The notes beneath the pieces were generated by a model, which was not told the origin of the DNA, searched no databases, and saw only the letters and a program-made list of their open reading frames with translations. The position numbers were made by a program, and so were the translations under genes. From an uncultured Chloroflexia bacterium (GTDB lineage: Bacteria > Chloroflexota > Anaerolineae > JAAYZQ01): a stretch of DNA of 64,000 bases. Below, in pieces: positions 9,080 to 18,952 of this stretch; position 1 is the first letter of the stretch; each line of letters begins with the position of its first letter. Where the stretch lies: assembly GCA_963700285.1 (NCBI GenBank), contig CAVOXA010000009.1, positions 294,631 to 358,630 of the forward strand, read 5' to 3'.

Positions 9080-10057
9080 ATGACTGAGGAGATCATCATT
9101 CGCAACTATCACCCGGGGGATTTGGAACCCCTGGTGGACCTGATCAACGAATCGGACGCCGTGGACAAGCAGGAGAGGGGCGTGACCCTGGCCGAGATGG
9201 AGCACCGGCTGGGCTTCCCGAACCGGCACCCGGAGACCGATTGTTTCCTGGCCTGGGATGGCGACCGCCTGGTTGGCTGGTCCGATATGTTCCTGCGCCC
9301 GGGTGATGGGCGCGTCGACCACTCTATCTACAACTGGGGCGTGGTCCATCCCGGCTGGCGGCGTCGCGGCCTGGGCCGGCGGCTTCTGGAACGCGCCTAC
9401 CACCGGGCCACGGACTATCTGCCCCAACTCGGGGCGGGCCGCGTGAACTTTTTCGCCTACACCGGCGATGGCGAGCATGGCCGGCGGGCCCTGTTCGAAG
9501 CGTTCGGCCTGGAACCGGTGCGCTACTGGCTGGACCTGGAACGTTCCCTGGACGGCGACCTGCCGCCGGTAGAGCTGCCTGCGGGTGTCCGGCTGCGGGC
9601 CTTTGACCCCCAGCGCGACGTCGAGGAAGTCTGGCGGGTCGACAGCCTGGCTTTCCGTGACCACTGGAACCACGCCGAAGCCAGCCTGGAGGAGTTTCAA
9701 CACTGGGTCGCCGGGCCCAATCTCCGGCCAGAGCTTTGGTTCCTGGCCGAGGAAGAGGAGACCGGCCGGATCGTGGGCCTGGGCCTCAACGAAATCAGCC
9801 CCGATCATATCGGCCGGACCGGCCGCCAGGAGGGCCTCATCGACACCCTGGGTGTGCTTCGTTCTCACCGCGGCCGTGGTCTCGGTACGGCGCTTCTGGT
9901 GCAGTGCCTCCACGGCCTAAAGCAGGCTGGCATGGACATGGCTTTCCTGGACGCCGATGCGGAGAATCCAACCGGCGCGGTACGCCTCTACGAGCGGGTG
10001 GGCTTCCAGGTCCGCAGAACGCGGATATTCTACCGCAAGGCCATGCGCGAGGAGTGA
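9080..10057 (+). CDS. tandem-domain GNAT acetyltransferase (MshD-like architecture)
   Basis: VHPGWRRRGLG and RSHRGRGLGTAL motif A; ENPTGAVRLYERVGF. Confidence 0.85.
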   Translation: MTEEIIIRNYHPGDLEPLVDLINESDAVDKQERGVTLAEMEHRLGFPNRHPETDCFLAWDGDRLVGWSDMFLRPGDGRVDHSIYNWGVVHPGWRRRGLGRRLLERAYHRATDYLPQLGAGRVNFFAYTGDGEHGRRALFEAFGLEPVRYWLDLERSLDGDLPPVELPAGVRLRAFDPQRDVEEVWRVDSLAFRDHWNHAEASLEEFQHWVAGPNLRPELWFLAEEEETGRIVGLGLNEISPDHIGRTGRQEGLIDTLGVLRSHRGRGLGTALLVQCLHGLKQAGMDMAFLDADAENPTGAVRLYERVGFQVRRTRIFYRKAMREE

Positions 10058-10112
10058 GCGGGGCGATGACGATGGCAAAGAGCAAATGGGAACGCCGGCG
10101 CGCTGATGGCCC

Positions 10113-10240
10113 GGCCCGAAACCGTAGGAGGCCCACGAAAGCCATGCGCAGGACCCGGGAAGAGGCAGGACCGTTCGTAGTGCGCGCTTCAGCGCGCTTT
10201 CCTGGCCCATACAAGGCCCAAACCGTAGGAGGCCCATGAA
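10113..10240. repeat. direct repeats flanking a REP-like copy
   Basis: AAACCGTAGGAGGCCCAYGAAA occurs twice, with GTTCGTAGTGCGCGCTTCAGCGCG (10173-10196) between them. Confidence 0.65.
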
Positions 10241-10252
10241 AGGAGGAGTTTT

Positions 10253-10786
10253 ATGATTGAGATCAAAGAAATGAAACCTTCAGCGATAGATCGAGTCGCC
10301 GAGATCGACCGCTCTGAGCAGGTGACGCTGGGCTACTTTTTCCGGGACGGACGGCTCGAATCGGAGGGCGTGGACTGGCCAGTGCCCCGCTGGTACGCCG
10401 AGGGCGAGTCGGAGCACAGCGTACAGGCCAAGGTGAAGGCCTGGAAGCCTCTTTTGGAGCAGGGCGGGACGATGTTCGGAGCTTTTGATGGGGAGCTGTT
10501 GGTGGGGCTGGCCATCTACCGCCCGGAACTGGCGGGGTCCACGGCCCAGTTGGCGGTCCTGCACGTGAGCCATGGCTATCGCCGCAGGGGGATTGCTACC
10601 CGGCTCACGTCGGAGGCCATCCGCCAGGCCAGGCAGGACGGGGCGACAGAACTGTACATCTCGGCCACGCCTTCCCGGTCGGCGGTGGGCTTTTACCGGA
10701 GCCAGGGCTTCCGGCTTGTCGACAAGCCTCATCCAGAGCTATACGCACTGGAGCCCGAGGACATTCACATGATCATGAACTTGTGA
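10253..10786 (+). CDS. GNAT acetyltransferase
   Basis: LHVSHGYRRRGIA; YISATPSRSAVGFYRSQGF; AAGGAGGAG RBS. Confidence 0.9.
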   Translation: MIEIKEMKPSAIDRVAEIDRSEQVTLGYFFRDGRLESEGVDWPVPRWYAEGESEHSVQAKVKAWKPLLEQGGTMFGAFDGELLVGLAIYRPELAGSTAQLAVLHVSHGYRRRGIATRLTSEAIRQARQDGATELYISATPSRSAVGFYRSQGFRLVDKPHPELYALEPEDIHMIMNL

Positions 10787-10834
10787 GGTGGATTCCCGCT
10801 AGAAGCATGTGGGAATGACAGGAGAGAACCAACG

Positions 10835-11893
10835 GTGACGCAAGACGATGCAACGATGGAAAAGTACGAAGCGTATGAAGAGCTCTTCGATCCACTCTGG
10901 GTGGGCTCAAAAGCAGGGCGACGACGCAAGCCCAGGATCAGGCAGATGCTCAATAGATCCCGGGAAGAGATCCTCGCCGAACTGACCGATGACCTGGACG
11001 ACGTGGATCTGGGCTTCCAGACGACCTACCGGCCCTCGCGCTACGAGGCGGGCTGGTTGCTGAACTCGCTGTATACTTTTTACAACGAGGGGCTTATCAC
11101 AGACGTGCTGGCCCTGGTCAAGGGGGGCAAGGAGGCCAGCGTCTACTGCTGCCAGGCCCACCCGGCCACGGGCCTGGACCTGCTGGCGGCCAAGGTGTAC
11201 CGGCCGCGCATGTTTCGCAACCTGCGCAACGACAAGATGTACCGCCAGGGACGCGAGATCCTGTTGGCGGGCGGCGGGCCGGCAGGCCGGGATTCGGGCT
11301 ATATCGAGCGCGCCATCCGGCACAAGACGGATTTTGGCCTGCAAGCGGCGCATACGTCGTGGCTGATGTACGAGTTCACGGCCATGGAACGGCTGCACGA
11401 GGCCGGCGGCGCGGTGCCGCGGCCCGTGGCCTCCAGCGAAAACGCCATCCTGATGAGCTATCACGGCGATGAGGTCATGGCCGCGCCTACGCTGAACACC
11501 ATTCAGCTGGAGCCTGGGGAGGCTGAAGCGCTTTTCCGTGAAGTACTGCGCAACGTGGACCTGATGCTGCAACACGACCTGATCCACGGCGATCTCTCGG
11601 CCTACAACATCCTGTACTGGAGGCCCGAGGATTCGGCGGCGGCGATCACGCTCATCGACTTTCCGCAGGTCGTGAACCTGCACACCAACGACAACGCCGG
11701 TACCATCCTGCAGCGCGACATCCAGCGTACCTGCGAGTACTTTCAACAGCAGGGGGTGGTCTGCGATCCAGCGGCCATCCTGGAGGGGTTCTGGGAACGC
11801 TACGTGGCACGGGTCGACCCCATGGATGAAGAGGCCGATCAGTCCCGGCTTCTGGCCGAGCTTGAACGGGCGCTCGGGCCAATGCCCGCCTGA
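10835..11893 (+). CDS. RIO1-family atypical kinase/ATPase
   Basis: KGGKEASVY, AAKVYR, IHGDLSAYNIL, IDFPQ. Confidence 0.9.
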   Translation: MTQDDATMEKYEAYEELFDPLWVGSKAGRRRKPRIRQMLNRSREEILAELTDDLDDVDLGFQTTYRPSRYEAGWLLNSLYTFYNEGLITDVLALVKGGKEASVYCCQAHPATGLDLLAAKVYRPRMFRNLRNDKMYRQGREILLAGGGPAGRDSGYIERAIRHKTDFGLQAAHTSWLMYEFTAMERLHEAGGAVPRPVASSENAILMSYHGDEVMAAPTLNTIQLEPGEAEALFREVLRNVDLMLQHDLIHGDLSAYNILYWRPEDSAAAITLIDFPQVVNLHTNDNAGTILQRDIQRTCEYFQQQGVVCDPAAILEGFWERYVARVDPMDEEADQSRLLAELERALGPMPA

Positions 11894-11900
11894 GATTACC

Positions 11901-11998
11901 AGACCTGACAGGTTTCTGACCTTCGTGGCGGGACCTCTGCCACCCGAGTTTGGAACAAGCGTGTGCTGCTTCCGAAATGGCGCAAACCTGTCAGGTCT
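11901..11998. repeat. inverted repeat element AGACCTGACAGGTTT...AAACCTGTCAGGTCT
   Basis: Perfect 15-bp arms at 11901-11915 and 11984-11998; compact copy at 18896-18928. Confidence 0.85.
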
Positions 11999-12031
11999 TG
12001 GCTCCACAGAAGTCAAGTAGGAGAAGGTACG

Positions 12032-13111
12032 ATGCTAACACTGGAAAGAACCAAAAAACAGACGGGACCGCCACCGGTCCCGAAAACAGGATGGCCAGCC
12101 CATCTGGTCATCCCCATACCCGACGCACCGGCCATCCCAGGCCTCACCTTCCGCGGCTTCCGCGGCCATGTCGACTACCCGGCCATGGTTGCCGTGCTGG
12201 AAAGTTCCAAAGAGGCTGACGGCCTGGAACGGGTGGACACGGTCGACGACGTGGCCCGTACCTACCGCTACCTGATCAACAGCGACCCCTACCAGGACAT
12301 GCTCTTTGTGGCGCTGAGGGGGCGGGTGATTGGCTACGGCCGGGTGTGGTGGGAGCGGGAAGTGGCTGGTCAACGGCTGTACGCACACTTTGCCCACCTG
12401 CTTCCCGCCTGGCGAGGGCGGGGCATCCGCCGCAGCATGCTGCGCCACAACGAGCGCCGCCTGCGAGAGATCGCATCTTCTCAGTCTCCGCGCCGCGGCG
12501 CGGAGATTGAGAAGTGTTGTTTCGACGTCTGGGCTGCCGAGACTGAGGCCCACTGGTGCTCGCTGCTGGCCAGTGAGGGCTATGCCGCCGCGCGCCATCA
12601 CCTGGACATGGTCCGTCCCCATCTGGAGGAGGTCCCCGATCTGCCGCTGCCTGACGGCCTGGAGGTCCGGCCGGTGCGACCCGACCAGCTCCTCCAGGTC
12701 CGGGACGCCGCGCAAGATGCCTTCTATGACCACTGGGGCCAGACGGCGTCGCAGGCCGAGCGGTTCGTGGAGTGGCAGGGGGCGCCGACCTTCAGGCCCG
12801 ACCTGTGGCAGGTGGCCTGGGACGGGGACCAGGTGGCCGGCGTGGTCCTGAACTACGTCGACCGCGCCGAGAACCGGGCGTACCACCGCCAGCGGGGCTA
12901 TACCGAAAACATCTGCGTGCGCCGCCCCTGGCGCCGCCGCGGCCTGGCCCGGGCGTTGCTCGCCCGCAGCCTGCGGCTCCTGAGCGAGCTGGGCCTGCAA
13001 GAGGCGGCCCTGGGCGTCGACGCCGAGAACCCCAACAGCGCCGGGACGCTCTACGAGAGCCTGGGTTTCCGGACGGTCAAGCGCCACACGACCTACCGCA
13101 AGCCGCTGTAG
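12032..13111 (+). CDS. tandem-domain GNAT acetyltransferase (paralog of 9080..10057)
   Basis: PAWRGRGIRR; RPWRRRGLARAL; VDAENPNSAGTLYESLGF. Confidence 0.85.
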   Translation: MLTLERTKKQTGPPPVPKTGWPAHLVIPIPDAPAIPGLTFRGFRGHVDYPAMVAVLESSKEADGLERVDTVDDVARTYRYLINSDPYQDMLFVALRGRVIGYGRVWWEREVAGQRLYAHFAHLLPAWRGRGIRRSMLRHNERRLREIASSQSPRRGAEIEKCCFDVWAAETEAHWCSLLASEGYAAARHHLDMVRPHLEEVPDLPLPDGLEVRPVRPDQLLQVRDAAQDAFYDHWGQTASQAERFVEWQGAPTFRPDLWQVAWDGDQVAGVVLNYVDRAENRAYHRQRGYTENICVRRPWRRRGLARALLARSLRLLSELGLQEAALGVDAENPNSAGTLYESLGFRTVKRHTTYRKPL

Positions 13112-13318
13112 GCTGAAACCTAGACCCTAAGCCTACATTTCACACCTTTCCAACCGCATAGAGAGTAAAGTTCGTCTTACCACAAGGTATGATGGCAATG
13201 AAAGGGGGTAGCAGCTCAGGGCTGCCACCGTGAGGTGGTCAGTGGTGGACCAGTTGAGGGTGCAGTTTGGCGTTCTTTGCCTTTCTGGACGCAGCTCCCC
13301 CTCCCCAGTGGCCCAGGC

Positions 13319-14701
13319 TCAAGCAGCGCTTTGCTGTTTGTGGGGCGGTGGCAGAGCCCATGCCTGATCATGCCCTGCAGAAGGCTGTAGAGCTGTCCAG
13401 TGCGGGAACCGGAGTTCCACCAGGACCTGGGCCAAAACCTGCGAGAGCTCTGTCAGCTCCTCATCCAAAGGGACCAGTCGCAGACAACGGCTGTGGTCCC
13501 AACAGACGGTTTCCACGACATCCAAGGTTTGGAGTTTGACGATGATGCGCCGGGTGGTCATCTGCAATCCACCCTGGCGTGCCTGCCGTTCCAGCAGACT
13601 GTAGGTCAACAAGGCCAGCATGTTGATGAGCAACATGGCCTCGATGCGTTCGTCTTTGTGCAAGTAGATGGGTGACACGCGCAAGTGGCCCTTGGAGACT
13701 TGGATCTGCTTCTCGACCCCATCCTTCTGGTGATAGAGTGCCAGCATCTTCTGCGGGGTCAGTGAGTAGTCGTTGGTGACCAGCAAGTAGCGGCCATCAC
13801 GCTCCATTATTTGGTGGAGGGCAGCGCTATCGACCCACCAACGGAGCCCAACCTGTTTCTGCTCATCGATGTCTGTCGCTTCAGAAGCCGTTGCAGCCTT
13901 TGCATGTTCTCTTCGACTGTAGCCAGGTCGGTCGTCCGTCCCGACCACAGGTCATAGTGCGCGGGGATGTTGTCGTCAGCGGTCACGTTCAGCCCCATCT
14001 TGAACTTGCGTTTATTCATCGGTATGTTGTTGGCGAAGCCAGAGTCTACGTGCTGACTGCGAGCGTAGGTACCGTGGACCACGAAAGCCGTCAGGTCATA
14101 GAAGACAAGAGACAGGTCGATCTTTGCCTGGACCAGGGCACGATCAACCACCTCTTGCCAGATCTCTTGACAGTGAGGACAGATAGCAACCAGTGTCCGG
14201 GCCAGCCGGTCATCGTTGAACTTGGTCGCTGGGATGCCCAGCGTGTAGACCAGCACCGTCCGGGCCAGCCAATCGGCGACCTGATACAGGGGCAGCGGTA
14301 TCGTCAACCGGTTAAGGACCAAGACCAGGGCTACCACACCATGGTCGACCTTGGCCCTCGTGGGACAGTAGCGGTTGATGATGTCCCGCACCTGCAACGT
14401 GTCCAGCAAGGCGTACAGCACTGGCAATGCACCCAGATGCCGCCGTAACTGACTTCGAGTCACGAGATCCACTAGCCAGAGTCAGGGCCCCGGCCAGAGC
14501 CAGCCGGGCTAAATGGGCTATCCACTTGGCGCGGCGATGGGCGCGACGCAGAGCACAGTACCGCCGCCAAGCCCACTTGCGCCATCGATGCTTCGAATGC
14601 CAGGGGAAGGCTGACCCATTGCCCTGCTCATGAGCGACCACACCTGCAAGAGTTGGCATCTGAGAGGCTGACAAGTCACTCGCATCCGTTGCCTTGGGCA
14701 A
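13319..14701 (-). pseudogene. IS1634-like DDE transposase remnant (frameshifted, internally deleted)
   Basis: Pieces in three frames: NDDRLARTL, FYDLTAF (first catalytic D), then DGRYLLVTN...YHQKDGVEKQ...SPIYLHKDERIEA. The central region is missing. Confidence 0.75.
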
Positions 14702-14742
14702 CGTCCAGTAGGCCAGGCAAGCAATGGCCCATATCAGCCAGA

Positions 14743-16042
14743 CTCAGTAGATCCAAATTATTAGGGCCGAGGCGCGGCTGGTGCGATGATTTCATGAACG
14801 CAACCATAGTGTTGCTCCAATGCACGGGTAACAAACTTGGAAAACCGATTCAATTGGAATCGCTTGGTGTCTAACAAGCGGCAGCCACGGCGCGGAAGCT
14901 GGGTGTAATGCCAACGCAAGTGCAGCCACACGTTCAGCAGAAAGAAGCTCAGTCCGATGAGCACGAATCGATAGGCAGCGTTCTTGGATGTGGTCCAGCC
15001 CCGTACTTGGTTGGCGCATCTATAACCGGTTTCAATGCCGAACCGTTTGCGGTACAGTCGACGCGCTTGGCGGGGCGACAGGTCCAGATTGATCGAGATG
15101 AAGATCAGCCAATCGGCACGGCGCTTCATCCGCCCTGTACGCTGGGCCGTGGTGAACACCCGGCAGACTACCATCTGAGCGGTGAAGGGTTTCTTGTTCT
15201 GGCTCTGGAAGGTGTGCGTTGTGCTATAGCTCTTGTTCCCACGACACAAGGCGCGTGTACCGCCCGTCCGCCCACGGATGGGGCAGGCAATCAGAGCTGG
15301 TATCTGACGCTCGGTCAGATATTCCATGCCCGCAATGCTGGCGAACCCTTTGTCCAAAAGCAATCGTTTCACACGGATTTCTATCTTTTCAAGCTGACGC
15401 AGCAAGATATCCAGCACCGTGACTATGTCATCATCCGGCAAGAAGAAACGAAGAGCCAAGGTTACGCGCAGTCCTCGCAGGATGACGTAGGCCGTAGCGA
15501 CACGGTAGAACCGCGTCGTGCCATTCTTGGCTTTGCCCCGAACCCAAAGGCCTTCTTCTTGCGAGGTTTTACCGTAGTACGATCGGTCATGCAGGTCAAT
15601 GGCAATATCGCGAGACTGACGCCAGACGCGCAGTGGGCTTTGGGCTGCCAGGGCAGCATTCAAGCTGCGCTCCAGATCAGGCAAGCCTTCCACGGTCAGT
15701 TGCTCATTCAAGTACTGGCGAATGGTCTCCGGGTGTGGGGTACCAATCAGGTCAGCGCAAACCGACTCGATGGTATTCCCCGTGGCACCAACGGCCAACA
15801 GCACATTCAACAGATCCTCCGTGGAGCACTTGAAGCCTTTTGCCTCCAGGGCCAAATGCTTCTGAAGGCCAACACGCGCCTGTTCAAGTACTTGCTGATC
15901 AGTCAATTTCAGTGTATCATCCTTCATGGGCTTGCCCTCCTTGGATTGTCGGTGTGGTGCTTACAATCTTACAAGGTTTGGGCAAGCCTGACAATTTCCA
16001 CACAGGCTAGCACGCTATCGATACAGAATTGGATCTACTGAG
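14743..16042 (-). mobile_element. ISH3-family-like insertion sequence, about 1.3 kb
   Basis: Terminal inverted repeats CTCAGTAGATCCAA / TTGGATCTACTGAG enclose an intact transposase. Confidence 0.85.
14761..15927 (-). CDS. ISH3-like DDE transposase
   Basis: IAIDLHDRSYYG, LLLDKGF, YRKRFGIETGYR (DDE triad with YREK-like motif). Confidence 0.85.
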   Translation of the reverse strand: MKDDTLKLTDQQVLEQARVGLQKHLALEAKGFKCSTEDLLNVLLAVGATGNTIESVCADLIGTPHPETIRQYLNEQLTVEGLPDLERSLNAALAAQSPLRVWRQSRDIAIDLHDRSYYGKTSQEEGLWVRGKAKNGTTRFYRVATAYVILRGLRVTLALRFFLPDDDIVTVLDILLRQLEKIEIRVKRLLLDKGFASIAGMEYLTERQIPALIACPIRGRTGGTRALCRGNKSYSTTHTFQSQNKKPFTAQMVVCRVFTTAQRTGRMKRRADWLIFISINLDLSPRQARRLYRKRFGIETGYRCANQVRGWTTSKNAAYRFVLIGLSFFLLNVWLHLRWHYTQLPRRGCRLLDTKRFQLNRFSKFVTRALEQHYGCVHEIIAPAAPRP

Positions 16043-17967
16043 TCTGGCTATTTGCGATAGTTTTGTACTGTCGAGGATCAGTCTCCTTAACGACTCTGCC
16101 TCAATGATCGTCAACCACGTGTGAGGTATGATGTATCCTAGCAGTCCTTTTTCTCGCAAGAGGCGTAATCCCATCTCGACAAAGAAGCCATAGGAGTCAA
16201 ACTTGCCGACCATAGAGTGATAGGCAGAGCGCAAGTACTTCTTGTCTGCCGCAGCAAAGAGCGCTCCATAGGGCGGATTGCCGATGACCGCATCAAATCC
16301 CCCAGCCGCCATCGCTTCCGGGAACTCGGCCTCCCAATCGAACGGATTGATCCGCCGCACCTCCTCCTCGTCCGGCACAAGCTGCCCCTCGAAATAGTCC
16401 CAGCCCGATCAGGCGAGTTCCCGCACTTGATGTTGTCGCCCAGGTCGGGCAGCGCCCGCTCGCGCCAGAAGCTGAGCTGCTGGCCCAGCGTCTCCTCCGT
16501 CTCGCCCTCCAGCACCTTCAGCAGCAGGCTCAGCTTGGTCACCTCCACCGCCTGCCGGTCGATGTCCACCCCGTAGATGTGGTCCAGCAGGATGCGCTTC
16601 TTCTCCGCCGTCGTCAGCCGCCAGTCGCCCGCCCGGCCCCTGGTAGACCGGCCGGCTCCTTGCCCGGCGCGTGCTTCTCCGGGTCGTTGCTCCTCGTACC
16701 AGCGCCGGTAGTGGTCCAGCAGGAACTGGTAGGCGCCCAGCAGGAACGAGCCCGACCCGCAGGCCGGGTCCAGCACCCGCAGCGGCGGCTTGCCCCGCGT
16801 CCCCCGCAACTGCCGCGGCGATTTGCCCTCCACCAGCTTGCCCACGGTCTGCTGGACGATATAGTCCACGATGTAGGCCGGCGTGTAGTAGACGCCGCCC
16901 GCCTTTTTGACCTCCGGCTTCTCCTCGACCACGGCCCGGTGGGCGGGCGTCAGGCGGATCACCTTGCCCAGGAACTGCTCGTAGACCTGGCCCAGGACCT
17001 CGGCCGGCAGCACCGAGAACTCGTAGGGGCACTCGGGGTAGTACAGGCCGGCCAGGATCGGCTTGAGCACCCTGTCGTCGATGGTCAGGGTCCGGGTCAG
17101 GGTGTCGGCCTGAAAGTCAAAGAGGCCCGAGTTGTACTTTTCGTCGGCCTGGCGGTACAGGTCGCCGCCATCCGGGCGTAGATCTGCGGCCCGTTGGTCA
17201 GGGCCAGCAGCCGCCCGTACTCCTCGATGCCCCGGTCCTCGGCCATCCGCAGAAAGATGATGCGGTCGATGGTGCGCTGCACGGCAAAGTTCAGCTCGTG
17301 CGACCGTCAGCGCCGGGTTGCGCAGGGCCAGGTTGCGGGCCAGGGCGTCGCGCCAGCCCTCGATCTCTTTCAGGAACTCGGCGTCGACCTCGCTGGTGCC
17401 GCGCTTGCCGCTTGGTGTCCTCGCACGTAGCGGTCGAAGGAGCCCTGCAGCACCGACTCGCGGGCGAAGACGCCGTACACCTCGTCGAAGCGGGCCAGGT
17501 ACTGGTCGAAGGTCAGGTACAGGATGCGGGCCACGCCCGGCCTTGTCGGCCGGCCTGGGCCGGATGCGGCAGTCGTAGACGGCAAACTCCTCAAAGTCGG
17601 TCAGGATGCTCAGGGGCAGCTTGGCGCTCCAGGCGTAGCGGCGGAGTTGGTAGGCCGGGCCGATGTCGCCGTGGACCGAGACGGAGGGCTTCTTGGCCTC
17701 GACAAAGAACTTGCGGGTGCCGCCGACGCGGAAGCAATAGTCGGGCGCGCGGCGCGCACCGCCGACCGTGATGGCGTCCTCGTGGACGACGTCCTTGTAC
17801 TGCTCGGCGTAGCCCTTGACGTTGCGCACGTCCCAGCCCAGGGCCTCGAAGAAGGGGTCGATGAACTCGACGCGGACCTGGGCTTCTTTGTAGTCGGGGC
17901 GGGTGTAGACGTCGCGGTTGCGTTGGAATCGGTTGACCAGGTCAGCCACTGCTGGGGGTACGGTCAT
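16043..17967 (-). pseudogene. Type IIG/IIL restriction-modification fusion (HsdR_N nuclease plus N6-adenine MTase), frameshifted and truncated by the IS
   Basis: PDYCFR...VEAKK nuclease, GGVYYTP, VLDPACGSGSFL, IYGVDID, FDAVIGNPPY. The frame switches repeatedly and runs into the IS terminal repeat. Confidence 0.85.
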
Positions 17968-18193
17968 CTCTCATTCCCTACCATTTGTCCCTAGAATCGT
18001 GCACAGAAAAACCCGCCGGGTTCAGACGGCCCCATCGGGGGCTGGCGGCAGGCGGGTGGAACTGGCGTTTGAGAGGTGGGGGCCGTTGCCGCCCCGGCAT
18101 GAATTGTCTCAGAAAATGCGTTTGCCGCGCGCAGAAATTATACCATAAACAGGACGCTTTGGAAAGCCGGACGACCGTCCCGTGCATCCTGCA

Positions 18194-18278
18194 CCTGGAA
18201 GAGCCGGTGCTGGGCACTGAGATCGACAGAAGTCTGCCCAGCACCGCCCGTTTACGGCGGTGCCGGAATCGCACCCAC
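18194..18278. repeat. dispersed approx. 85-bp MITE/REP-like element, copy 1
   Basis: Near-identical to 24218-24304; partial copies at about 21372-21444 and 24181. Confidence 0.8.
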
Positions 18279-18895
18279 AAGGGGAGATTGCTTCGGTTCC
18301 CTCGCAATGACGGGGCTTGGCGGCGATGGCCCTGCAAATCGAATCGAGAGCGATTTTGATTCAGAACCAGCATTGGGGACGTGTTCTGAAGGGAACAGAG
18401 GGCAGAGATGATGGAAGTCGAGGGCTGGGAGATGCGTCACCGGAGGCGGGTCGTCATTGAGAAGATCAAGCAGGGGGACGATAGGGCTGCTGCAAGGCCG
18501 GAGACGAACCTCCCGCAGGCTTGTCCGCGGCCGAGATACCGGCAGAACCGGGCCGGATTCACCCGTGTGCGGGTACCTGAAGAGGCCGAACCTGCGGGAG
18601 GTTGCCCTGGCAACAGCCCTGGGGGGACGGGGCGATGGGCGGCGGGTTGACCGGGCGGAAGGCCGGAATTCTGCGGACTTGGCCACAACCTTCTGCCATG
18701 GGCAAGCTCGCTTTGCTTGCGCCGCCACTGTGTGCTACACTAGCGGCAGGGATGGCCGGGCACGCTCCGTCGCGTGCCGCTTTTTGTGCGAGGTAGAGGG
18801 TGAGCCGCTCGCCAGGCAAGGGGGGTGTACAGCGCGATGGGCGCCGCCGGGTCCAGCATGCAGGCTGGGGGCGGCGAGATTGTCGTTTGTGGCTG

Positions 18896-18928
18896 AGACC
18901 TGACAGGTTTCGAAAACCTGTCAGGTCT
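18896..18928. repeat. palindrome AGACCTGACAGGTTT-CGA-AAACCTGTCAGGTCT
   Basis: Perfect 15-bp stem, same family as 11901. Confidence 0.85.
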
Positions 18929-18952
18929 TTGTATTTGCGGAGGAGGGGGGCA

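Noticed and set aside
18250-18278. tRNA/tmRNA 3' end or att site (minus strand GTGGGTGCGATTCC)
   Set aside because: No cloverleaf, CCA end or integrase; it is part of the dispersed 85-bp repeat.
18408-18700. Small ORFs between the R-M gene and the S74 gene
   Set aside because: No recognisable motif; may be a remnant but cannot be supported.
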